Counted from the stretch's first letter, positions 50,946 through 63,428 are shown. The stretch: DNA of 64,000 nucleotides from Epiperipatus broadwayi (GCA_028023455.1 JAQFVV010000006.1:2232001-2296000), one strand, 5' to 3'. Numbers and translations: made by a program. Notes: a model not told the origin generated them from the sequence alone.

Positions 50946-53469
50946 TACTCAGTAACTTTGATTAAAAATGGGCATAAAGATAAAATTATAGTACTCTTAA
51001 ACTAAATACATCCAGCAATGATCCAAAGAAATTATTATCCAATGTTATTATTATGTTTTTCTATAATAAAAGAATCATTAACAAGAGTTTTATCAATAGT
51101 TGAGAAACATTTCCAGTAGCACAGGTTGCTTTTAGGCTGGGAACAGATGTTATCTTCAACAACTCACATTGAACAAAAAGTTCTAATTAAAAAATTGTTG
51201 GTAGCTTTATTTATCTAACTTTTCAGCTTAAAATTCTATTGCAAAAGCAGTCTTTTTCAAAAGTTTATAAAATCCTTAAATGAAGAAAAGTCATTAATTT
51301 ACTTGACAAAATACAATAGAAAAATTCAAATGAAGCTAAATGATAATCATAGTAGATGAGACTGCCAACCACACTTAGTTTACTTAATATATTTATCTGT
51401 AATCTTCCAGATACTGAAGCCAGTTGCTTCATCTATGCTAACAATATTGCTTCAAGATTCTTTTCTTAATTAGAATAAATATATGAAAAGATTAGGAATT
51501 GTTTTCAAAAACTAGAATACACGTGCTCCACCTTCTATCAGGAACTTCATCATTAACAAAGTTTCACTAGATATCAGAGATGTCCTATCAATTCAAAACA
51601 TGATCAAATAAGGAACCTATGCCTCCATCACTGTCCATCTTCTTGACCTTCACCTTATGGCTAACCAGATGCAAATTAATGTTTGGACATTTTAAAAACA
51701 CTCCACTTCAAGTTTACATCAAACTACTCACACAGGCTAAAGTTAGAGACTCAGCCCTTGCACCTCAGCTGTTACGTAGAGATACTTGGAAAAAGATTGA
51801 GCTTCCAAATGACTAACCCACATGAATATCAAGACTGTGCAGAATGTGTTCCTTTTTTTTAAATCTGTATGTTTTAAATACAATGTAAACCTTTCAGTGT
51901 ATAAGAACACTTCATGTTTAAATAAAATTTTAAAAAAAATTAGAATTTTATTTCTAATCCAATGAAGATAGTGAGTTCAATTTTTTATCTAAGCAGATCT
52001 TACAATCTAAATCTAATCTTTTGCAATAATAGACTGAAACGGGATTCTAGCTTATGCTATTTAGGAATAACCTTGGATTATGGACTAGCTTATTTTTTTC
52101 AGGTTAGATCAGAATTAAATTTTAGGAATAGTCTTTTTGGAAAGCTGTCTGGTACTGCTTGGATTGTGATACAGTCATTTTTGGATAGCTTTCTTAGCAC
52201 TACTTTCTAGGTGATTAATGTGTTCTTGTTTGAAGAAAAAAGTATCCACACTCAACCTTTGGATACTCAATTAAATATTACTAGGTGGATATTAGCAGCT
52301 CTCTGTTCTTTCCCAAATCTGATAATAAAACCATAATCTTCCTAGATGTAACAGATCCAGGATAAGCCTTGATTGTTCCATCTGTCTTATTCATAAATGG
52401 AATATAAGAATTACTGATACATGTGAATATGGACAGTCCAAACCTTAAAACACACAGTTAATGGCTGCTGAATGAGCACTGTGACAAAATTGAAGTATTT
52501 AATAATGCCATTAATGAATCTATCTCTTGGATGGAACCTCTACAAGTTCCTTTGTGACATTTTAGTTAAGAATAATACTTCTAATGTTGAATAAATTCTG
52601 CCGTTGCTTAAGCATTTAATATTATTGAGCATGGGGCAAAATAATAAAATTGATGATTTCTTAGGAGGTCATGTGATATTCAGGCTACAGAAATTACAAA
52701 TTGAGCTTTGATTTGAGATTTTAATAAATGTCTATCATCCTATGACTGTGTGCAGGGCAGAATTGTGAAGTTAGTAGTGGCTTATGAGGTCATGTAATAT
52801 TCAAGCTTTAGAGGTGCCCAATGAGCTTTAATCTCAGGTTGTTTATTTTTTTAAAAATCTTATTCACAGCTGATACGTTTAGTACTACGGTGATCTAGGA
52901 ATATGTTTCTTGTTACCAATTAGAAAGAAATCATTGACTAAACTTGTTTTCACATGCATAATATAGTTTATCTGTCTATGATTTGAATATACTATATGTT
53001 ATTATAATGTTTTTAATGTTTGAACTTATTATTCGGCTACTTTTTAGAAGAATTAGAAATACAGCATGGATTATTATGTATTGTAAATCAGTTTTATCAA
53101 CTTATTTTTAAAAACATGAAGTGAGTATATGTAGCCATTGAAATATATGGGAAATAACTTTAAATAGTTATATTGGAACCAAGGCTGTCTATTTGGTGAG
53201 TGGTTTGTGTTTAAATAGCCGTTCACCTGGTCTTACTATTTAAATAAAAATAGGAAGATATTTACTTTACTACCCTTTTTATATTATCAACGAACTTAAC
53301 TATGAGAAGGTATATGGAAGAAAAAAAATCTAAACCTTAGTGAAGTATGGAAAAAATGTTGTGTCCTGCTTGGATTTGAACCCAGGATATGAAGTGTCAA
53401 GCAAATGCCCTGCAACAAATAATTCATAATAATCTTCATATAATTAAGAATTATATGCCTGAAGGTTTG

Positions 53470-53947
53470 TGATGATGATATTTTAGATGTGATAATATGT
53501 TAGACTGTTTCCATCATCAGTCATTAAATATTGAATGTCTAGAAAATTTTAAACCTTATTTAAACTTTTCCAAATACAAACAACTGTTAGTAATAACCCA
53601 AGTTAATAGATAAACACAAGCTATTAGATTGCACATTTCCAATTGTATTATTCTTCACTCTTCTTCAAGCTTTGCTGGCCTGATCAGTGGCAATGCTAGT
53701 GAAGGGTTTGAACTTACCCCTTTAGATTCTTGAATATCAAATTTTAAGCCAACCCTCTGACCAACTGAGCTAGCATTGCTGGTCAGGCCAGCAAGGTCTG
53801 AAGAGGAGTGGATAATAAAATCACTTGAAAAGTTTTGTAATCTGCATTATCTACTAACTTGTGTGTTATTACTAACAGTTGTTTGTATTTGGAAAAATTT
53901 AAATAAAGTTTAAACTTTTTTAGTCCTACATATTATCACAGCTAAAG
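53470..53947. mobile_element. Family-2 SINE in fold-back form: tRNA-like head at the apex of a long inverted repeat, HHR in each arm
   Basis: 53690-53779 (-) = GCAATGC-TA-GCTCAGTTGGTCAGAG..GTTCAAACCC..GCATTGC. The arms are reverse complements. HHR at 53791-53845 (+): GCAAGGT-CTGAAGA-G-GAGTG-n11-CACTT-GAAAA-GTTTT-GTA-ATCTGC. Confidence 0.8.
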
Positions 53948-54344
53948 ATTATGTTTGTTTGATTATTGTTGCTTTACTGAACTAACACATTGACCTGCTA
54001 AAGTTGTATACAATTTTTTCTTGTTTAATTTTATTGTAATCTCTATTTTAAAATAATGGACAATACCAAATGCCTAATATTCAGGTTTATTTCTCAGTAG
54101 AATTCTCTTTGTGTTGAAGAAATAAAGGATCTTTGTGTAGATGCACAAAATGCTTTGCTCCAAATATTTTAAAGTTGATGGAAGACTATAATTTTAGAAT
54201 TAGAAGAGGATTGAAAGACATGAATATTGTTGATAAATTTGGCTGTCATTCCAGAAATGAAAGAAGATATAGACTTGTCGAATTGTCAGAAAAAGAAAAA
54301 TGCGGATATTAGACATCTAAATTATATTTTGATTAATTTAAATT

Positions 54345-54551
54345 ATATATTTCAAGCATCGCATGATCACCATTTCTTATGCTTGCTCTTCACTGATGAA
54401 AGCCACAAGCTAGAAACTAGTCTGGGGATATAAGATCAATAGGCACTAGATAGGGATTTTATGTACAAGCCTTCTGGCATCCATTGATTACTCTGGCTTG
54501 CACTGAGTGACACTACTGTATGGAGAGTTTTGCCTCTTAATATATTTCAAG
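54345..54551 (+). mobile_element. HHR repeat family 1: single arm plus inverted tail fragment, 12-bp TSD
   Basis: TSD atatatttcaag at 54345-54356 and 54540-54551. HHR at 54387-54428: TCTTCA-CTGATGA-A-AGC-cacaa-GCT-A-GAAAC-TA-GTC-TGGGGA. Confidence 0.85.
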
Positions 54552-54879
54552 ATTATAATGGTTGTAATAGATTCAACAGAGGAAGTTATTATCGATTAGT
54601 GAGTTGTGAGATATGTAGTAATGTAAAACTAGAGAGACTGAAACTGTTAAGGAAAACAAGACTATCTGTTGATATTCCTAATGTTCAAGAATATTTAAAT
54701 TAGAAAATTTCTAATGTTGTATAAAGATAACTGGTAGGAAAAAGCAATAATGTATCAGTACAATTTCAATTCAGACAAAACAATGTATGAAGAAAAAAAA
54801 TAATGTGTGATATTTAAAAATGGTCCACTAAGAGGAATTGAAAATTGGGATTTCCGTAAAATCATACAAAAAGAAAACA

Positions 54880-56790
54880 GTCTTAATAATGATGCAAGCA
54901 AATGTTATTGTCATTAGGCAAGGAAAGCCGTAGAAGAGGATAAAAGTTTAAAAATGATGTCATGGTATTGGGGAAAAGGGTATATCTACAATAAGAAGAA
55001 AACAAATTTATTAAAATGAGGGATGTCATGAAACACGTGAAAGAGATGAAAAAATATAGTAATAAAAAACTTGAAAACAGAGTAACCACTATAAATATGA
55101 TATCTTCTGTATTACCATGCATTTTAAATGAAGTAAACTATGTAATTAGATGTATGAGTTAGACAAAAACGTTAGGAATGATGAAATTATTATTGTTATC
55201 TTGAAAAAAACAGATGAAAAAATTGTCGGCAAAACTATATATTAAAAATCTAAATGATAAAGATATACAAGATGATTGGAAAAATAAAATAGTAATATTG
55301 ATATTTAAGAAAATTGGTATGAGTAAGACAAAAAACGTTAGAAATGATGAAATTATTATTGTTATCTTGAAAGAAGCAGATAACAAAATAGGAAAATTGT
55401 TGGTAAAACATATTAAAGATCTAAATGATAAAGATATATGAAGTGATTGGAAAAATAAAATAGTAATATTGACATTTAAGAAAAGTGATAAGAGGAAGAC
55501 AAAAAAGTTAGAAATGATGACATTATTATTGTTATCTTGAAAGAAGCAGATGAAAAAATAAAAAAATTGTTGGTAAAACTATATACCAAAGATCTAAATG
55601 ATACAGATATACGAGATGGTTGGAAAAATAAAATAGTAATAATGACAGTTTAAAAAAGTGATAAAGAAGATATTGAGTACAGTTCATGTAATCTTCTATA
55701 AGCTCTATACCAAATCTTTATGAAGATCATTAAAACTAACAACTTTGGATTCAAAGCAATTTAAAGAATAGATTGGGTTAAAAGAGGATTTATCACAGTG
55801 GATCACATCCAAATGTTGACAAGAATCTTAAAAAAGACATAAATATGAGTTTCTATTATGCTTTTGAGTTTATAAATTGTGAAGAGGCTATTGACTTTAT
55901 AAGCATTATTAGAGTGATTACAGCTTCAGTCTTATCAAAATAACAACGGCAATAATTAGATTATATGGAACAGTAATAAGATTAATAGTAGTAAGGATGT
56001 ATGTCAGGTTGATTTATGATCTTTGAAATTTTTTTACTGTCCAAAGGTATTTGGTGGATTAAAACAGGCAGCTAAGGCAGTAAAAGTCAATGCAGATTAT
56101 TATAAGTCATCTGGATTTTGTATCTGATGTGGTTGTTTTGCAACTAATGCTTCAGAGCTTCAGGAAAGTAAAAAAAAAAGTAGGCCTAAAATAAATAGTA
56201 AATAGATTACATTTAGTGAATATTGTTAGAAGAATATAAACATTGCTGATTATGAATGAGAAGTTAGAATCTACAAAATTCATAATTGGATTTGTAATAC
56301 ATATGAAAACATAATGAGTTAAATTATTCATAGAACTAAACGTGGATGGAGTGTTTTTAATAGAAATATCTTAATATTTTATGTGTTTGAAGAGGTTTTT
56401 AATAGATATAGTTTACCTATTTTTGCTTAAGAGATTTTCACATCAGTCAACAAAGTATGGACAGACGTATGTTGGGAATAACAAGAAGTGATTTTGGATA
56501 AGTTATTGCTGACATCATTGAAATAATTATTGAGAGATTGAAATAGAACTGGTCTGGCCATATCGCATATATTTCTAGAAAATATAAAAACAAATGGACG
56601 ACTAAAATTTTAAATCTGGATTCCAGGGCATTATCAAAGACCTTGAAGGAGACCCTATGTGCAGTGGGTGAATGAAATAAGGAAGTTTGTTGTCATAGTT
56701 TGAAGGGGAAAAAACTATGGATCGAAATAACGATTAAGTTTGCAGACACTTTCGTCCTGCTGAGAATTGATAATAGTTGCTAATAATGAT
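54880..56790 (+). mobile_element. Decayed RTE LINE with an internal ~165-170-bp triplication
   Basis: NDEIIIVILKEAD..WKNKIVIL.FKK is repeated three times (55163, 55327, 55498). Downstream are RT remnants and an RTE-like end ACTTTCGTCCTGCTGAG..TAATGAT. Confidence 0.75.
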
Positions 56791-58379
56791 ATTAATCGTA
56801 ATTTTCTTTATTATATTCTGGCGTATATATATATATATGCATATCTGTATCAAAACATTGTTTAATATGCTTATAATCTGGGTTAAATTTTGTAGTTAGT
56901 TACATGTACACTTGTTCGAATTGAATTAAATTTTAATGAAATCAAAACAGTTTTTTTCTATTTTTTTAACATTTCGAAAGCGAGAGAGACTTGAGTGCAT
57001 TTGATTTTTCAAATTCTATGCCATAATTAATTTAGATTTTTGTATATCTTTTTTTCCCCTTCACTTAAATACTTAATAATGTGATTAAAATTTTCAAAGA
57101 CGTTCCCATAGTAACAACTTTTTGAAATTTTGTGCAATTTTTTTTACTAGCAGAAATGTGATGGTATTTATTTTGCAGAAAGGAGAAGAAACAAATTCGA
57201 ATTAATGGAAGAAATTAGTTATTAGACGCTTAATAAACTACGAATGGATGTGGATATGTCTGTTATATATGTGCATTAGACATTTAATATCGGGTGGTAG
57301 ATTGGTGTGCGATATACAAATCAATTACTGTTAGTCTAAATATCTATTATTCATAAATATGTATTACTCAAATAAAATTCAAAACTTTACATTAAATAAG
57401 TACAGAGTTAAAGAAAACAAGTATTCAGTAAATACCCATTAAAAAAGTAACCAGTATATTTCTTATGCTTCAATAAGCTTGAGTAATTATTAGATGTTAA
57501 TATGGAATGATAATTGTGCAGTTTGTCACAGTTGATAGAGCATCTTGGAATCGATTTTGTTGCTTGTAGTTCTGGTGCTCGAATTTATGAGTCCCCAAGA
57601 AATAAAGCCATTAGTATTATTTAGCCCTGCATAGTTTGGTAAAGTTGGAACAGCATCCAACTTGGGATCTGAGGGTGCCCAGGATTTGTTCTGGCAGTCA
57701 AACTTAATGAACCCCCAAGTAATACAGCCATTACCATATTTTATTAATGCCTATCCAGTGCTTTCTTATCCATATTGCCAGATTAACTTCTTCTAGCTTA
57801 TGGATTTTTTTGTGGAGTTTGTATTGGGATATAGTGCACCAAAAATTCCAAAATTCCTCATTCGGAAAGTCTTAAGATAGAAACAAGTCAGGATAAGGGT
57901 AGGATTGTTTTTAATAGGGATTTATAAAGTACTACCATCTGACGTCTGTTCATTAGTTGAGCGTTCACAAAATGACATAGAGCAGGAGAAATAAATACAC
58001 TTCCTGCTCACAAGTAATGTGTAGTCAGTGATTATGTGATGTTTTGTTGTTGTTAAATATCCATAAATTAGTATGCCTAATTGCTGTGGGTTGGCGTCTT
58101 TTTCTAGCTTAACCAGGTTAAAAAATCAAAAGAGTTCGCAAATCCACAAAAGCACTGGAATCAGGGATTTTAGCTTAAAAGTGTTTTATATATGTTCATA
58201 TTTATGTAGGCATTTAAGAATGTTAAGATTCTTAATCAAAACAGCAAATAACTGAAGTAATCAAATCAGATAGTTCTAAATTTGTGATCATTTACTTAGT
58301 ATGAAGAGCGGAAAGCCATTCCTGTTGTGATTAAACCATTGGATCATGTAGACATAAACTACTGTCATATTCTGAAGAC

Positions 58380-59295
58380 TATTTATTAAAATGTAAGAGC
58401 AATGATTAAATTACTTTGTGACACTAAGAAGATTATTAACATTGAGAAGGGAGTAATAGAAAGATTCCATATCTCCAAAACTTTCTATAACAGTTTTACA
58501 AATGGTGTTTTTGGATTAAAATATGAGGTTAAAGAGGTAAGCTTAAATGGAAATTATTTATGCTATCTCGATTTTGCAGATAATCTGGTTGTTTTTTTAA
58601 ACAATGCTTCATGGAATATTGCAAGAGTTCTCAAATGAAAGAAAGAAAATAGAATTAAGAATGCATGCCAAAAAGACTAATGTTCAGTGGATTTTCTTAG
58701 AAGAGGAAAATAGAAATTGATGATAATGAATTAGAAAAAATTAACAACTATAAATATATTGGCAGATATAGGTGGAAACATGATAAATGAAATTAACTAC
58801 AGATTTAAACTTGGATGAAGTGCTAAAGGTAGAATATTTTAATATTAAAAGGAAATATGTCTATATGTTTGAAAATGGTTTTTGGTAGATATGTTTTACC
58901 AATTCTTACTTATGGATTTGAGACTTGAATACTTAATAAAAGAACAATACAGAGACTTCAGAACAATCACCAAAGTATAGAAGATGTATATTAGGAGGAA
59001 TACGAATGGATCAAAAATGAAATACATAAGTTTGATAACAAACAGATATTACTGATATCATTAATAGAATTAAGAGACTGAAGTGGTGCTAGACTGAATG
59101 TATTCCTAGAAGAGATGATAATAAATGGACAGTTTAAAAGATCTATAAAGAGATCATATGTGAGATAGATGGATAAAATTTTAAAAAAATATGCTGTTGT
59201 GATGTGGAAAAAAGACTTAAAGTCAGCAAAACTGGATTAAATTCGAAGAGTCCATTCTGCAGTGGATTAGTAATGGATGAAAATGATGATGATCT
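58380..59295 (+). mobile_element. Decayed 5'-truncated RTE LINE
   Basis: ISKTF..LNGNYLCYLDFADNLVV; YKYIG; VLPILTYGFET; RLKW; 3' end CCATTCTGCAGTGGA..ATGATGATGAT. Confidence 0.75.
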
Positions 59296-60680
59296 AAATT
59301 AGTAAATCCTTTAAAATCCATAAGTGATATGTGGCAATGTGCTCTTATATTGGTGTGTTTTTTGTTTTAGTTTGTATATATGCACACGCGCACATGTATG
59401 ATGATTTAATGGTTTAACATAGATTTATTATTATAACTTACACAATCGTAAACAGATAATATTATAATTTAAGCAAATAATATTAATTAAACTTTTTGTG
59501 ACATTCAAACTTGGAAATGACAGATTTAAGTTTTGAACCAGACTTTTAGTTTTCGAATTTGTTATTCTGCAAACGCCCTAAACTTTTCAAGACATTATTA
59601 AAAAACTAAAAGGATATACTCTTTGAGGTGAGAAGGTTGACACTAAGTTGGGCTTTGAGCATTCCATCATCAGATTTTTAATGAAAATGGACGGCTGAAG
59701 AGTTGTGGGGTGGGGTGGTTTGAAGCCTGTTCATTAAAGTATGAAGATTGGCTATCTTAATATAAGCTGCGCTTTGAATGTATATATGTGTGGAGATGAT
59801 AATCTGGACCAACTGACAAGTGCTAGTTTAGCACGAAATACGTATATTGGTGATTATTTATCTTTTCGACAAATGTGTGATCAAGTGTATCAGCAGTTTG
59901 AGATAGCATGGATGGTTGAGGGTAGTGTGAAAGTCTGAGTTCAAACCCTATATATTACATATATAATTGCAGGTATGAAAAAGCCTGTACTGTAGAAAAA
60001 ATTCATATTTTATTGAAAGATTAATACATGTTTTAGTTTAAATTTTAGATCATTTTAAAATATTTTTTGTTTTCTATCAAGAACAGACAAGTTTTTATAT
60101 ATTCAGATTTTTACTTGTGCGTGTCTTTCAATAATGATTTACAAATTGAAGTTAGTTTACTAAGTTATTATTGTCTTCATAATTTTTCATTAAAAATTTT
60201 ACTAGTGTGTATAAAAATGCTATAAATATTTTTTATTATACTTGTTTACTTAGAACTTTGAAGGCTGTAACGATTGGTCTATATTTTAATTAAAATTAGT
60301 AAATAAGAAAGGTGATATATTGATTGTATAGTCTTAAAAGATTTGTTAGAATTGATATACCAGTTAAAGCAATAAAGTAATTTCACTAATGACATACGGT
60401 AATTTTTTTTTTTCTATTACTATTTTATTTAATGTTCTCCTGATGTTTCAATCATCTCAGGAAAAAGTTAATAACTTAGAATATTTTACGATTACCCAAG
60501 TTGACATATTAATAAAACAAGATACATCCTGTAGCTGATGAAACTACAATAAAAATTATAAAACTAGTTAAGAAGATGTCACTTTTCCTAATAACTAATA
60601 TGTTGTGTATATAAATATCGTACTACGAATGATTGGTATTTTAAATGTTAATAGTTATATCTGATATATAAATACTCCTT

Positions 60681-61215
60681 AAAACCAGTCAACACTTAAA
60701 CAAACCCAATATCAATAACAATCAATAATTTCAAACTGTTGTCAAGGCAACCTCTTTTTTAATAGGTGGAATCTCATCTTTATTAATGGTCTAATATACT
60801 TACATAGACACTAACGATTGCAACTTGAGCACAGAGATTGAAATTATTGATACAAAGAAGTTTAAATAAACCTCTTTAAACAGGTAAATATAACCTATTC
60901 TAAATGTAGACAAATAAATAGTCAATTATAACATTACAAACTGCACCCAAAGTATTACTTAAATAATAAATGTAATAATGATCAAGGCTAAATGAGTTTG
61001 TAAATAATCATTAAAACTAGTCAACACTTAGACAATATCAATAACAATCAACAATTTCAGACTTGTCAAGGCAACCTCTTTTTAACAATAAAAGTAGAAT
61101 CCCACCTTATTAATAGTCTAATATACTTACTTATACGGACATTAAAGATTGCAACTTGACCACAGAGATTGAAATTATTGATACAAAGAAGTTTAAATAA
61201 ACCTCTTTAAGCATA
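60681..61215 (+). repeat. ~332-bp repeat family, ~1.6 tandem units
   Basis: aaaac(c/t)agtcaacactta at 60681 and 61013, with colinear similarity to ~61210. Confidence 0.85.
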
Positions 61216-61289
61216 AATAGGTATTCAAAATAAAAGTATGCTGTACATATGGCTGCTTATATAGATTTAATTTAATACATTGTAAATAG

Positions 61290-61685
61290 ATCTTAGACTT
61301 GGACTCTTAATAGAAGAGCAATATAGAGACTTCAGATTACTCAACAAAATATGGAGAGGTGCGTGTTAGGAGTATCAAGAGATCAAAAATTAAATACACG
61401 ATGTCAGAAATAAACAGGTGTTACTGACATTATTGAAAGAATTAAGAGTCTGAAGTGGAGTTGGATTGGACATATTGCTACAAGAGATGATAATAGATTA
61501 ATCTAAACTATATTCCAAGAGATTGTAAAAGATCTAAAAAGAGATTAGATGTGAGATGGATGAATGAAATAAGGAAGTATGCCGAGTTGATATGGAGAAG
61601 AGAGATTAGAGATCAGACATTGATTGAACATGGAGAGACCTTCATCCTGAAGTAGATCGCTAATGGTTGAAAAGATGTTGATGAA
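61290..61685 (+). mobile_element. RTE LINE 3' fragment
   Basis: ..TGVTDIIERIKSLKWSWIGHIATRDDNR..IPRDCKRS..RWMNEIRK..GETFILK. Confidence 0.8.
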
Positions 61686-62775
61686 TGCAAAAAATATTAG
61701 TAAATTACCAATAGGTAGATTTTATCAGTCTATTTTGCAAATAAACTTTTAGATCATTAACTATTATATAAGTAGTAAAATAATAACAAATCATTTGATT
61801 CTTCCCTTCACCCAATGTATTAAAACTAGCAGTTCCTTATTGTATTACTATCCATAAGTAAAGCTTAAATAATTAGTGACTAGCAGATGGTGATACAATT
61901 AATTTTCCACTGCCAAACCAGTTTTAGGTTTTTGCCATTATCAATACTTTTTTGCAATTCAAAACTGGGTAGAATTCATAATAGAGTTAAAAGTCTCAAA
62001 TTCAAATTGTCTGAAGGTAATTATATCTATAGAACTGCTCAAGCAGCTTGTCATGAGTTCCAAATCTTAGAGGATTTTGAATTTCATGTTTTTATCGTGA
62101 ATAGTAAAATGGATTTAAGGTCGGATTACTAATTGCATCCAGATTTGAATCCAAGATCTTATTCATAAAGACCAAAGGTCAGAAATAGGTCTGGAAGTGG
62201 AATTTTAAATACACTACTATCTGATAATCACTAATTGCTTAATCCTACTATAGGTGGCATTTAAGAGCTGTTTATGTTTTATTACTGTAAAATAAGAGAC
62301 TTGTTCTTTCATGTTTTATATGCATTACAACTTTATTTAACCATCTCCTGTAAGTTACAAGTTTAACCCTTCAACAAATGGACATTTTATGTGCTATTTT
62401 TTATTATTAAATCTTCAGGCATGATTTATTTTTAGTATATGCATTTTACTGGGACAGCAAGCTCAATCAATTACCCAAAATGCTTTGTAAATTAAAATCT
62501 CACATAAAAAATGAGGTTATAATGAGTTCACATTGGAAAAAAATAATTTGTTAAATTAAAAATATGTAATTGATTAAAAAAATAAACCTTAAATTGAAAA
62601 AAAAATCTTAATTAATGAATAAACATTTTACTAAGGTAATATTATTAAAGAGTAGGACTAATCTGTAGGTAAGTATTCTAGAGAAAAACAGTTCAATAGC
62701 CATAATTTTTAATATATATATATATTAACAGTACACCATTTTGCTTTTTACTTAACCAGAAAATAATATTTCCTG

Positions 62776-62968
62776 AATTAATTAAGAAAATGTTGAAACA
62801 TTTAACAACAGAACAGGTTTGATTTATAATAAAGAAATTTATCTAAAGCTAAGGGCTTTCCATACTGATTAGATTATTCAGCATGGAAAGTGCTTAGCTT
62901 TAAATAAATTTCTTTATTATAAATACAATCTGTTCTGCTGGTAAATGTTTCAACATTTTTTTAATTAT
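62776..62968. repeat. ~190-bp imperfect palindrome (~90-bp arms, short loop)
   Basis: aaaatgttgaaacattt..ataataaagaaattta..aaagctaag..ctttccat.ctga / tcag.atggaaag..cttagcttta..taaatttctttattat..aaatgtttcaacatttt. Confidence 0.85.
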
Positions 62969-63086
62969 TATAGTTAGTGCAGAAAAGCAGGTTATAAAAT
63001 TCTTAACAATTATGTATTTCCTTAATTGTGATTTGCTAAATTAAAGTAATGCATGCAGGAAAAAATCTAGTTACACTGTACAATTT

Positions 63087-63361
63087 TCTTCTTCTTCTCT
63101 TCTTCTTCTTCTTCTTCTTCTTCTTCTTCTTCTTCTTCTTCTTCTTCTTCTTCTTCTTCTTCTTCTTCTTCTTCTTCTTCTTCTTCTTCTTCTTCTTCTT
63201 CTTCTTCTTCTTCTTCTTCTTCTTCTTCTTCTTCTTCTTCTTCTTCTTCTTCTTCTTCTTCTTCTTCTTCTTCTTCTTCTTCTTCTTCTTCTTCTTCTTC
63301 TTCTTCTTCTTCTTCTTCTTCTTCTTCTTCTTCTTCTTCTTCTTCTTCTTCTTCTTCTTCT

Positions 63362-63405
<44 letters not shown>

Positions 63406-63428
63406 GTTGTTGTTGTTGTTGTTGTTAT
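63087..63428. repeat. Compound microsatellite: (TTC) ~90, (ATT) ~14, (GTT) ~7
   Basis: Directly visible; explains the poly-K/E/N/F ORFs in the track. Confidence 0.98.

Larger units (their letters stand above)
49700..52560 (+). mobile_element. Decayed I/Ingi/Vingi-group LINE (APE and RT), interrupted by two SINEs
   Basis: DINSHNIL and KANW (APE side); QVAFRLG, NIFICNLPDTEASCFIYANNIA; YLGITLD..RNSLFGKLSGTAW..HTQPLDTQLNITR, typical of Ingi/Vingi RT thumbs. Confidence 0.65.

Noticed and set aside
508-62132. Most 60-120 aa ORFs in the supplied track
   Set aside because: They are F/I/L/K-rich products of AT-rich DNA, antisense shadows of the LINE, or repeat arms. None has a recognisable domain apart from those listed as features.
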